A DNA stretch of 64,000 nt from Pristiophorus japonicus. Lineage: Eukaryota. The stretch's first letter is position 1, and the number at the start of each line of letters is the position of its first letter. The stretch is from positions 186,001 through 250,000 of the forward strand of contig NW_027252026.1 in assembly GCF_044704955.1 (NCBI RefSeq), given 5' to 3'. Both the position numbers and the translations under genes were made by a program. Positions 22,171-32,858 of the stretch are shown piece after piece. The notes beneath the pieces were generated by a model. That model saw nothing but the letters and a program-made list of their open reading frames with translations. It was not told the origin of the DNA and did no database searches.

Positions 22171-24987
22171 CTATGTAGCTTGGTTGTGCAGGGACCCTCC
22201 CCGGATGATGAACCGATGATATTGTTAAAAATTCAGAATGAGTGGCAACCCTTCTTGATAGATACGGGAGCCTTCATTTCTTCTGTACAATCAAAGCTGA
22301 AACTCCCCGCCTTCACTGAAACACAGGGACTGTCAGGATTCCTGGGACAAGTCTCTCCATTCCCGATGTCAGAACCGGTTAAAATGGGTTACCAGGAAGA
22401 ATCGGTGGAACATCGATTTGTTATCACAACCAATCTGGACTGTAACTTGATGGCTAGAGACCTCCTCTGCAAATTCCAGTTGCATTTGGAGTGTGGAGAT
22501 GATGGGATTATTGTAAAACAAGGAACCCTTAAGCGGCAGTATTATACCACTAGAACCCCTCAGTGGTGGTCTCTGGACCTGCCGCAGGCACCCTATCACG
22601 TGACCCTAGCACACGATCCCAGTGGAAAGAATCAGGACCTGCAGAACTTTTATCAGGATCACGAAGGGGAAGTGAAGGAAATTCTATTAAGGGCTAGAGT
22701 GACTGGACCGGAAGGGAAGGCAGATTTTGTGGAAATGGACAGCCCCCAACGGTGGCACCACATATTACTCGTGAAGTATTACCTCCCCACCACGCTAAAG
22801 ATTTGGGAGTTATGGTGCGCTAGGCTATAGACGAGGCTGACCCTACCAGCCGGGATGTGCAAATTGTAAAACATGGCCGAACAGTCCAATTCCACGGGGA
22901 CCCCGAGATGGTCTTAACGACTCTGCAGCATCATACTGGCTCTGACATACCTGACTATGTGGATCCTCATTGTGGGAAGAGGACCCCTCCCAAGTGGGTT
23001 ATACTCCCATTGATCCGATTGAGATCCCAGTGCAGGGCAATGTGGACTGGCCCTCTATCCGACAGTACCCACTGAAAACACAGGCAATACCGAGTATTCA
23101 CCGAGCTCTGGAGGCTAGCCGAGTTGAACCAATTTGCCAGTTTCCAGTCCCTAGCATGGCTAAACAAATGCGCCAGTGGTTGGGGATGATCAATTACTGC
23201 AGATCCTGGATCCCTAATGTTGCCCTGATGACTAAGCACCTCACCCCGTATACAAATAAGGAAGGCAGCTTTGAAATAGAAACCGCAGACGTCCAAGCCT
23301 TTAAGGAACTAAAGACAGCCCTGCTGCAAGCTCCAGCTTTGGTCCGGCCCCTCTATGACCTTTCAACTGTATTGTACAATCCTGAAAGACTGTGCTACCG
23401 TTGTCTTAACACCTCTCACTCCGTAGCTGCCCTCCTGGGCCAGCTGCAGACTCAACACCTTACCATGGCCAGGCAAAGCAGATATGAGATCTACCTACTA
23501 AACAATCCTTAGCTGACCTTTCGGCACTGTACTGCAATTAATCCGGCCTGTTTTCTTACTGAGCCGCCCCAAGATGAGGAAGAACCCAGTCATGACTGTT
23601 TATCTTTAATTCAAGAGGCCACATCAGTCAGGGGAGATTTAGTTGATGTACCAATGGAAGATCCAGACTGTATTATGTATGTTGACGGAAGTTCTTCTAT
23701 TAATCCAGAAGGTACACGAATCTCAGGATACGCCATAGTAAACCAGGAGAATCAGGTCTTGAAATCTGCCGCCTTTGAAACCGCCTATTCTGCCCAACAA
23801 GCTGAACTATTCACCCTCACCCGAGCCTGTCTCTTGGCCAAAGACCTCAAAGTCAATATCTATACCGACTCTAGGTATGCCTTTGGGGTGGCCCATGATT
23901 TCGGACAATTATGGAAAAATAGGGGATTCCTAACCTCACAGGGGAATGAGATATTCCATAAGCAACTAGTATCTGATTTGTTGCAAGCCCTCATGCTCCC
24001 CAAGCACATTGCCGTTGTTAAATGTACCGCCCACACCACCGGAAAATCCCCGGTTGATATCGGGAACCACTGTGCTGACAAAGAAGCTAAACAGGCCTCT
24101 CGTGACCAACAGATGGTAGTGTCCAAAATGATGAGTCAGACTAAAAAATCCTGCGAAGGATAAGTTAGCCTCGGAAAAACCAATGCCAACCATCCAAGAT
24201 GTTATTAAAGCACAGGAGGACGCTCCTGAAAAAGAAAAACTGTTGTGGAAAAATTATGGATGTACTTATGACAATGTTTCTAAACTCTGGACCACTCCCG
24301 CGGAACAGACTTGCATGTCTGATGAGTTGGCTCTATGGGTTATTGAATGTATGCATTTTTGCTACTCATTGTGGAGCAAGGACCACGAGTGACACACTTT
24401 TGGCTACTTGGTGGCATCCTAGACTCCAGGCGCTCGCCCAGAACATCAGTAGTCGTTGCCTGGTTTGCCAGCAACATAATCCAGGGAAGGAAGTCCCCTG
24501 TGATTGGGGTAAAATGCCCCTACCCGAAGGTCCCTTTGAGACATTTCAGTTGGACTACATTGAGTTGCAAAAAGTTCAGTGTTACAAATATGTGTTAGTA
24601 ATAGTAGATGTGTTTAGCAGGTGGATTGAAGCCTACCCTACCCTGGACAATAAGGCTCAAACTGTTGTTAAGGTGTTAATGAGGGAAATTGTTCCTAGAT
24701 ATGGTATCTCAGCTCGACTGATGACCACCTATGTTCTTTCTCTGACTCAGGCTCTGCGACTAGCTCACAACCAGGTTCGAGAGGCTCACCTCGATCTCCC
24801 AGTTTTACCCAAATCGTCCCTCATGGTACCTGGGAAGTATGTCCTGATTAAGAGGTGGATTCGGAAGGGATTGGAGCCACAATGGGAGGGTCCTTTTCAG
24901 GTGTTATTCACTACCCCCACTGCAGCCAAGGTTGAGGGGAGAAGTGCCTGGGTTCACCTGCACCACTGCAAGCTCACCACCCCCTAA
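22171..24987 (+). pseudogene. pol: ERV pro-pol (protease, 2H phosphoesterase, deleted RT, RNase H, partial integrase)
   Basis: DTGA; HVT (22597) and HIT (22761); RT jumps from IRQYPL to the thumb region (WLGMINYCRSWIPN) with no YxDD; the integrase core is cut at ~24718. Confidence 0.9.
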
Positions 24988-25357
24988 CAAACCTATTTTA
25001 CTGGTTATTCTAACTCCTGTTTCTGTTCCAGACTTCCTCTTCTCCATAGCTGAACAAGGCCGTTGACATCCTAATTGTAACGTGGACCAGTTTGAACTTT
25101 TACCCGTAGTGATAGACAGCCAGCTACACCGACGGTGACCTAAGAAGAGAGACGGGAGAACCGAACTCTTTTAATCAGCAAAATAATTGGACTATTTATC
25201 TGAATCCTGAGCCATAAGATGAAACTGTGTCTGTATGCCACAGTCTGTATAATATGACAGTTTCGGCGCATGGGAGGGGAGACAGAGAAGAGAGCTCCAT
25301 GTAAACACCTTTTTGTACATGTCTTATGTTTATGCGCAATATGGGAACTTTTCTTGA

Positions 25358-26656
25358 TGCTGGGTGTGCTCACATATCCCTATACATTCCAAAGGGGGTA
25401 TTCCTTTACGCCCCGTTCCACTGACCCTAACTGAGACTGTCAAGTGGCTTCTGAGCCAGACTAGCATGAGCGGAGGGGGGCCAATGCAAATACGAGAGAG
25501 GAAAGGCGGGTCAAAAGAGGGGTCACAGAGATCAGGAGGCGTATTATACCGTTACCACATGAATGACCACGGGGAGGTCACCAAGTGGGAGAGTGCTGGA
25601 GACCCCATTAGTCAGATGTCCCAGGGATGGTACCAACCAATCTACGACTGTGGAAAGGAACCCCCATTCTTAGCTCTGACCAATACCTCGGGGATTGGGA
25701 GGCCAACCGGGGACATATGTCGAACCCGAAATGACACCAGTAACAAGGGACATATCATAGGGTACAGCAAATGCCCACACAATCTCAACATCACCACAGG
25801 TGCACGAGTCACCATCCTCTCTCACCTTCCGAGTAAAACAGGTGGAGGTTTGTGGGCCCAGTCCTGGGACCCGGAAGCAATATATCAGAAAGCAGCTTTT
25901 AACGGCACGTATTTCGTGTACGGTCATAAGGCATATCCTTGGTTGCCCAGGCGATGGACAGGGTCCTGTTATCTGGGATATGTGGTGCCATTTGTGCGGC
26001 AAGTACGTACCCTGGCGGAAGCACATGCCTCCAGCCGATACAAGCGAGCCATCACCCCCGTCGACAAGTTCTTTGGGGTCATGATGTTCCCAATCAGGAT
26101 AAGACGTCTCACGGATGAAGTACAGAACCTAGAGACGATATTGGAACAGATAGCTAACAATACTGCTGAAGCTCTGGAGGGCATCATAGCTGAAATGGTA
26201 GCAATAAGGACCGTAGCATTACAAAACCGAATGGCCCTCGATTACCTGTTAGCTGAGAAAGGGGGAACGTGTGCCCTGATAGGATCTGAATGTTGCACTT
26301 ACATTCCCGATAGTTCAGAAAACATAACCAATCTCGCTGGTCACATAAGAAGGGAGGTGAAGAAGTTATCCACACCAGCAGAAGGATCTAACTGGTTTGA
26401 TGGGCTATCAGATGGATCTTGGAGATCCTATCTAATGCATGGGGCAATTATTCTCATCGTAGTAATAATTGCCTGTTGTTTGATTGTTGGTTGCCTTAAC
26501 CTTTGTTGTAAAGTAATGATGGCAAGGTTAGCAAATCCTCTTGTGGTCAAGGGCTCCCGAGTTATGATCCAACGAACTAAAGAACTAATCGACACTAACA
26601 ACAATATGATTCAGGAAATAGAGTGTGAACGGATGAATGCAATACTCCTAGAATGA
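25358..26656 (+). CDS. env: ERV env (SU-TM), open from CWVC to the C-terminus; signal-peptide region broken by stops
   Basis: CWVC, furin site RYKR, immunosuppressive domain LQNRMALDYLLAEKGG, CX6CC and a hydrophobic TM helix. Confidence 0.9.
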   Translation, partial: CWVCSHIPIHSKGGIPLRPVPLTLTETVKWLLSQTSMSGGGPMQIRERKGGSKEGSQRSGGVLYRYHMNDHGEVTKWESAGDPISQMSQGWYQPIYDCGKEPPFLALTNTSGIGRPTGDICRTRNDTSNKGHIIGYSKCPHNLNITTGARVTILSHLPSKTGGGLWAQSWDPEAIYQKAAFNGTYFVYGHKAYPWLPRRWTGSCYLGYVVPFVRQVRTLAEAHASSRYKRAITPVDKFFGVMMFPIRIRRLTDEVQNLETILEQIANNTAEALEGIIAEMVAIRTVALQNRMALDYLLAEKGGTCALIGSECCTYIPDSSENITNLAGHIRREVKKLSTPAEGSNWFDGLSDGSWRSYLMHGAIILIVVIIACCLIVGCLNLCCKVMMARLANPLVVKGSRVMIQRTKELIDTNNNMIQEIECERMNAILLE

Positions 26657-26692
26657 TCCTAAGTGTTAGCATGGAATGATAAAAGGGGGAAA

Positions 26693-27255
26693 TGTGAATG
26701 TTTAAAAATGTATAAAGTCGAGAAGTTGAGAAAGTGGGAATTATATATGGACAGTATAAGCTAACAAAGAATTCATGGAGGAATAGCCATGACATCTCAG
26801 ACTCGAGACTGCGAAATGTTACAACACTAACACATATTGAAACAAAACCCACAGCTTGCAGAAAAACCTCAAGGTCTTATTAAATCATGTTATTAACCTG
26901 AAACCTGAAACATTAACAGAAGGTCTTTGTTTAAAATCAGACCATACTTAGGTCGGCTTATGAGTGGACAAAGGGAAAGAGGGATCAAAAGGGATAGGCT
27001 GAACTAGGATGTCACTCTAGCCCTATCTTGTTATCTTTTGCCGAAAATGTATAACCGTCGTCCCTTTACAATGTAACGTCACTTTGTCCGTAGGAAGTGA
27101 GTGCGTTCTATCAGAGTTGCATTCCTTCTGTCTGATAAGGTCCCCGATCGGGATTTGCTTTTTAAATAAAAGCTTGCTCTGTTTAAAGCACAATCGGTAT
27201 TTGACTCAGTGATTTCACTGAACCAGATTGAGGGAAAAGAATCCAGAAATCAACA
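26693..27255 (+). repeat. 3' LTR of endogenous retrovirus
   Basis: Starts with TG after the polypurine tract, ends in CAACA, matches the 5' LTR. Confidence 0.92.
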
Positions 27256-29067
27256 CACGTATCATACTCGAGGGCACACAGGTGGACAGGCTGTGCCTGT
27301 CCTAGTCACGGTTTTGGTTGGGAGGGGGCAGATGGGATTTCGGTACCAATGGCGGTGGCTCCTTTCCAGGGCCATCTAACATGGCTCGGAGCGCAGTTAA
27401 AAAGGTCTCAAACGAGTGGGGAGGGACTGGCTTATCTGTCCCGGTCTTTTGGGCAGGGGCTGGAGAATTCTTTCCTGCGCTATTCTTCCAAGGATTTCTT
27501 CAATCCTTTCTCCAGTGCCCACTCTTTCCACACCCAAAGCAGGTACGTTTTGTATCGGAGGGGTTGCCCCCTTGTGGTGCCATTCCCTCTTGTCTTGGTT
27601 AGGTCAGATTTCGTGAACCTTTCCCTTTTGTGGGGGCTCTTCTGTCCCTCTGCCGTTTCTGTAAGCTAGGGTCAGCTGCCTAAGCACTCTCTATTCTGTG
27701 GCTTGGGGGTCTCTGGGGTCGAACCAGGCCTCAGCCTTGGTTCTTATTCTGGGTAAACTGTTAGATACTAGGCTTCGGAGCCAGTGGGCTAACTTGTCCG
27801 GGTTGAGGTCTCCTCCACAGGCCACAGTCGGTCTGCGAAAGCCTGTGGGGTTTCCCCTGTGAGCTGCACCGTTTACTCTGGAGAAGGGACTCACTTCATG
27901 CAGCCCAGAGCTTCTAAAATGTCTTTCTGGATGGCAGCAAGTGTTTTCTGTCCTCTTTTGCTCTCAGTAGAGAGGGACTGGTACAGTTTGCTGTCGAGAG
28001 ATAGGAGAAGCATCTTTGCCATCTCGGCCTCATTGCACCCATTAATATCCCCTGCCTGTTCCACCTCCACAAAGTGAACTGAGGGGTCTCCCTTTGGAGT
28101 GAGCTTTCCCAGGTGGCTTATCATAGCCCTAAGCTGGTGGGCTGTGTGGGGGACCACAAACTGACTTTCCACGGTCCTGGACCCCCGGCAAGGGTGGGCG
28201 GGCCAAACCTCTGTTGCCGGACCGGGCACATTGGCCCTGGTTCTGGCTCTTCCTGTTCTGGCTCGCCTCCCTCTCCTCCCTGCTGCCAGACCGAGCTGAA
28301 ACTCGGTGCCACAGGTGCTGGTGGTTCACTATCCCTGTTCACCCTGCAACTCGTTCGCCCCTCCTGCTGCTTCACCGGTGTAGTCACCGGTGCTACAGGT
28401 AGTGGCCAGGTCGTTTCTTCCTTCTCTTCCAGGTTTACCTGGGGCGTACCCGGGCTTATTAAACATACCATGCCTTTTGCTTTGGACAGAGCAAGGGTTA
28501 AACTCTTGATTTGCTGCTGGCAGGGACCGTGGTCTCCCGATTCAAACCCATTAGTGCTAGCTACTTTATACGCTGCTTGCACATCTTTTAAATTTTCCTG
28601 GAGCTCTTTTACTTGTAGGGTGAGGCGAGTGCTTTCCTCCCTCAGTGACTTTTCATTACTTTTGGCCTCGGTAACCTGAAATTGAAAATAGTCCTGACTG
28701 TTCTTCAACCTTTCCATTAGCTGGGTCTTTTCCTGTTTTAGCTTACGGAGTTCTTCTGCAATAGCCCTTTCCTGATAGTTCTCTGCACATTCCCATAACT
28801 CTGCCTGTAGTGTCTCATTGGTTTTATCCAGGAGTTGGACCTGTCGCTGCAGACAGACCAATCAGATTGCCTTCTCTACTGATTCTTTGTGATCCTTGCT
28901 TGCTGTCCACTGGGCTGCAGCGTCGGCTGGACGCTCAGCGCACAACAGACCAAGCACCCATTCCTTAGTGACATTCACTTTCTTGTACACATAGGAGGAA
29001 ATCCTCTCTTCCATCTTGGTTCTTTCCCCCAAACCAGCACGCTCCGCATCACAGCCCTTGTACCAGA

Positions 29068-29085
29068 GTCCTGCCGCGGTCGCCA
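29068..29085 (-). promoter_or_regulatory. PBS complementary to tRNA-Arg(TCG)
   Basis: TGGCGACCGCGGCAGGAC(TC) is complementary to the GAGTCCTGCCGCGGTCGCCA end of vertebrate tRNA-Arg(TCG). Confidence 0.85.
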
Positions 29086-29308
29086 TTTTGTAAGGGGTGG
29101 TCCCGGGCTTCAGGTTCACCTCTGACCGACTTGAGTGGTTCGAATGGCTCCCACTCCCTTGGGTTCTACACTCTGGGTTTATTTGGGGAATGTGACAAAA
29201 TGCAAAGTACAACTGGTTTGGTGCAAAGAACTTTGACTTTATTACAGACAAGAAAGTACAAGGTCAGCCTTATAATCACTGTAATAAAGAACAATATATT
29301 ACACATTC

Positions 29309-32300
29309 ATAGAAACATAGAAACATAGAAAATAGGTGCAGGGGCAGGCCATTCAGCCCTTCTAGCCTGCACCGCCATTCAATGAGTTCATAGAAACATA
29401 GAAACACAGAAACATTGAAAATAGGTGCAGGAGTAGGCCATTCGGCCCTTCTAGCCTGCACCGCCATTCAATGAGTTCATGGCTGAACATTCAACTTCAG
29501 TACCCCATTCCTGCTTTCTCGCCATACCCCTTGATCCCCCTAGCAGTAAGGACCTCATCGAACTCCTTTTTGAATATATTTAGTGAATTGGCCTCAACAA
29601 CTTTCTGTGGTAGAGAATTCCACAGGTTCACCACTCTCTGGGTGAAGAAGTTCCTCCGCATCTCGGTCCTAAATGGCTTACCCCTTATCCTTAGACTGTG
29701 ACCCCTGGTTCTGGACTTCCCCAACATTGGGAACATTCTTCCTGCATCTAACCTGTCTAACCCCGTCAGAATTTTATATGTTTCTATGAGGTCCCCTCTC
29801 ATTCTTCTGAACTCCAGTGAATACAAGCCCAGTTGATCCAGTCTTTCTTGATAGGTCAGTCCCGCCATCCCGGGAATCAGTCTGGTGAACCTTCGCTGCA
29901 CTCCCTCAATAGCAAGAATGTCCTTCCTCAGGTTAGGAGACCAAAACTGTACACAATACTCCAGGTGTGGCCTCACCAATGCCCTGTACAACTGTAGCAA
30001 CACCTCCCTGCCCCTGTACTCAAATCCCCTTGCTATGAAGGCCAACATGCCATTTGCTTTCTTAACCGCCTGCTGCACCTGCATGCCAACCTTCAATGAC
30101 TGATGTACCATGACACCCAGGTCTCTTTGCACCTCCCCTTTTCCTAATCTGTCACCATTCAGATAATAGTCTGTCTCTCTGTTTTTACCACCAAAGTGGA
30201 TAACCTCACATTTATCCACATTATACTTCATCTGCCATGCATTTGCCCACTCACCTAACCTATCCAAGTCGCTCTGCAGCCTCACAGCATCCTCCTCGCA
30301 GCTCACACTGCCACCCAACTTAGTGTCATCCGCAAATTTGGAGATACTACATTTAATCCCCTCATCTAAATCATTAATGTACAGTGTAAACAGCTGGGGC
30401 CCCAGCACAGAACCTTGCGGTACCCCACTAGTCACTGCCTGCCATTCTGAAAAGTACCCATTTACTCCTACTCTTTGCTTCCTGTCTGACAACCAGTTCT
30501 CAATCCATGTCAGTACACTACCCCCAATCCCATGTGCTCTAACTTTGCACATCAATCTCTTGTGTGGGACCTTGTCGAACGCCTTCTGAAAGTCCAAATA
30601 TACCACATCAACTGGTTCTCCCTTATCCACTCTACTGGAAACATCCTCAAAAAATTCCAGAAGATTTGTCAAGCATGATTTCCCTTTCACAAATCCATGC
30701 TGACTTGGACCTATCATGTCACCTCTTTCCAAATGCACTGCTATGACATCCTTAATAATTGATTCCATCATTTTACCCACTACCGATGTCAGGCTGACCG
30801 GTCTATAATTCCCTGTTTTCTCTCTCCCTCCTTTTTTAAAAAGTGGGGTTACATTGGCTACCCTCCACTCCATAGGAACTGATCCAGAGTCAATGGAATG
30901 TTGGAAAATGACTGTCAACGCATCCACTATTTCCAAGGCCACCTCCTTAAGTACTCTGGGATGCAGTCCATCAGGCCCTGGGGATTTATCGGCCTTCAAT
31001 CCCATCAATTTCCCCAACACAATTTCCCGGCTAATAAGGATTTCCCTCAGTTCCTCCTCCTTACTAGACCCCCCGACCCCTTTTATAACCGGAAGGTTGT
31101 TCGTGTCCTCCTTCGTGAATACCGAACCAAAGTACTTGTTCAATTGGTCCGCCATTTCTTTGTTCCCCGTTATGACTTCCCCTGATTCTGACTGCAGGGG
31201 ACCTACATTTGTCTTTACTAACCTTTTTCTCTTTACATATCTATAGAAACTTTTGCAATCCGTCTTAATGTTCCCTGCAAGCTTCTTCTCATATTCCATT
31301 TTCCCTGCCCTAATCAAACCCTTTGTCCTCCTCTGCTGAGTTCTAAATTTCTCCCAGTCCCCAGGTTCGCTGCTATTTCTGGCCAATTTGTATGCCACTT
31401 CCTTGGCTTTAATACTATCCCTGATTTCCCTTGATAGCCACGGTTGAGCCACCTTCCCTTTTTTATTTCTATGCCAGACAGGAATGTACAATTGTTGTAG
31501 TTCATCCATGCGGTCTCTAAATGTCTGCCATTGCCCATCCACAGTCAACCCCTTAAGTATCATTCGCCAATCCATCTCAGCCAATTCACGCCTCATACCT
31601 TCAAAGTTAGCCTTCTTTAAGTTCTGGACCATGGTCTCTGAATTAACTGTTTCATTCTCCATCCTAATGCAGAATTCCACCATATTATGGTCACTCTTCC
31701 CCAAGGGGCCTCGCACAACGAGATTGCTAATTAATCCTTTCTCATTACATAACACCCAGTCTAAGATGGCCTCCCCCCTAGTTGGTTCCTCGACATATTG
31801 GTCTAAAAAACCATCCCTTATGCACTCCAGGAAATCCTCCTCCACCGTATTGCTTCCAGTTTGGCTCGCCCAATCTATGTGCATATTAAAGTCAACTATT
31901 ATAACTGCTACACCTTTATTGCACGCACCCCTAATTTCCTGTTTGATGCCCTCCCCAACATCACTACTACTGTTTGGAGGTCTGTACACAACTCCCACTA
32001 ACGTTTTTTGCCCTTTGGTGTTCTGCAGCTCTACCCATAAAGATTCCACATCATCCAAGCTAATGTCTTTCCTAACTATTGCATTAATCTCCTCTTTAAC
32101 CAGCAATGCTACCCCACCTCCTTTTCCTTTTATTCTATCCTTCCTGAATGTTGAATACCCCTGGATGTTGAGTTCCCAGCCCTGATCATCCTGGAGCCAC
32201 GTCTCCGTAATCCCAATCACATCATATTTGTGAACGTCTATTTGCACAGTTAATTCATCCAATTTATTGCGGATACTCCTTGCATTAAGACACAAAGCCT

Positions 32301-32858
32301 TCAGGCTTGTTTTTTTAACACCCTTTGTCCTTTTAGAATTTTGCTGTACAGTGGCCCTTTTTGTTCTTTGCCTTGGGTTTCTCTGCCCTCCACTTTTCCT
32401 CATCTCCTTTCTGTCTTTTGCTTTTGCCTCCTTTTTGTCTCCCTCTGTCTCTCTGCATTGGTTCCCATCCCCCTGCCATATTAGTTTAACTCCTCTCCAA
32501 CAGCACTAGCAAACACTCCCCCTAGGACATTGGTTCCGGTCCTGCCCAGGTGCAGACCATCCGGTTTGTACTGGTCCCACCTCCCCCAGAACCGGTTCTA
32601 ATGCCCCAGGAATTTGAATCCCTCCCTGCTGCACCACTGCTCAAGCCACGTATTCATCTGCGCTATCCTGCGATTCCTACTCTGACTAGCACGTGGCACT
32701 GGTAGCAATCCCGAGATTACTACTTTTGAGGTCCTACTTTTTAATTTAGCTCCTAGCTCCTTAAATTCGTTTCGTAGGACCTCATCCCTTTTTTTACCTA
32801 TGTCGTTGGTACCAATGTGCACCACGACAACTGGCTGTTCTCCCTCCCATTTCAGAAT
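29309..32858 (-). mobile_element. Young CR1 LINE (ORF1 SGNH esterase part + ORF2 + duplicated 3' end)
   Basis: VVVHIGTNDIG esterase motif, 968-aa ORF2 and a (tttctatg)n tail; CATTCA on both flanks. Confidence 0.95.
29497..32403 (-). CDS. CR1 ORF2 endonuclease-RT, uninterrupted 968 aa
   Basis: All APE and RT motifs are present; nearly identical to 6018-8993. Confidence 0.92.
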   Translation of the reverse strand: MRKSGGQRNPRQRTKRATVQQNSKRTKGVKKTSLKALCLNARSIRNKLDELTVQIDVHKYDVIGITETWLQDDQGWELNIQGYSTFRKDRIKGKGGGVALLVKEEINAIVRKDISLDDVESLWVELQNTKGQKTLVGVVYRPPNSSSDVGEGIKQEIRGACNKGVAVIIVDFNMHIDWASQTGSNTVEEDFLECIRDGFLDQYVEEPTRGEAILDWVLCNEKGLISNLVVRGPLGKSDHNMVEFCIRMENETVNSETMVQNLKKANFEGMRRELAEMDWRMILKGLTVDGQWQTFRDRMDELQQLYIPVWHRNKKGKVAQPWLSREIRDSIKAKEVAYKLARNSSEPGDWEKFRTQQRRTKGLIRAGKMEYEKKLAGNIKTDCKSFYRYVKRKRLVKTNVGPLQSESGEVITGNKEMADQLNKYFGSVFTKEDTNNLPVIKGVGGSSKEEELREILISREIVLGKLMGLKADKSPGPDGLHPRVLKEVALEIVDALTVIFQHSIDSGSVPMEWRVANVTPLFKKGGREKTGNYRPVSLTSVVGKMMESIIKDVIAVHLERGDMIGPSQHGFVKGKSCLTNLLEFFEDVSSRVDKGEPVDVVYLDFQKAFDKVPHKRLMCKVRAHGIGGSVLTWIENWLSDRKQRVGVNGYFSEWQAVTSGVPQGSVLGPQLFTLYINDLDEGIKCSISKFADDTKLGGSVSCEEDAVRLQSDLDRLGEWANAWQMKYNVDKCEVIHFGGKNRETDYYLNGDRLGKGEVQRDLGVMVHQSLKVGMQVQQAVKKANGMLAFIARGFEYRGREVLLQLYRALVRPHLEYCVQFWSPNLRKDILAIEGVQRRFTRLIPGMAGLTYQERLDQLGLYSLEFRRMRGDLIETYKILTGLDRLDAGRMFPMLGKSRTRGHSLRIRGKPFRTEMRRNFFTQRVVNLWNSLPQKVVEANSLNIFKKEFDEVLTARGIKGYGEKAGMGY

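Larger units (their letters stand above)
18649..27255 (+). mobile_element. Class I (epsilon/ZFERV-like) endogenous retrovirus, internally deleted
   Basis: LTR-PBS-gag (capsid, CFICGQEGHWNRNC)-pro (FLIDTGA)-RT remnants-RNase H (YVDGSS, AQQAEL, IYTDSRY)-IN (LDYIE, WEGPF)-env-PPT (aaaagggggaaa)-LTR. Splice donor AG|GTAAGT at 19533 and env acceptor near 25031. Confidence 0.95.
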
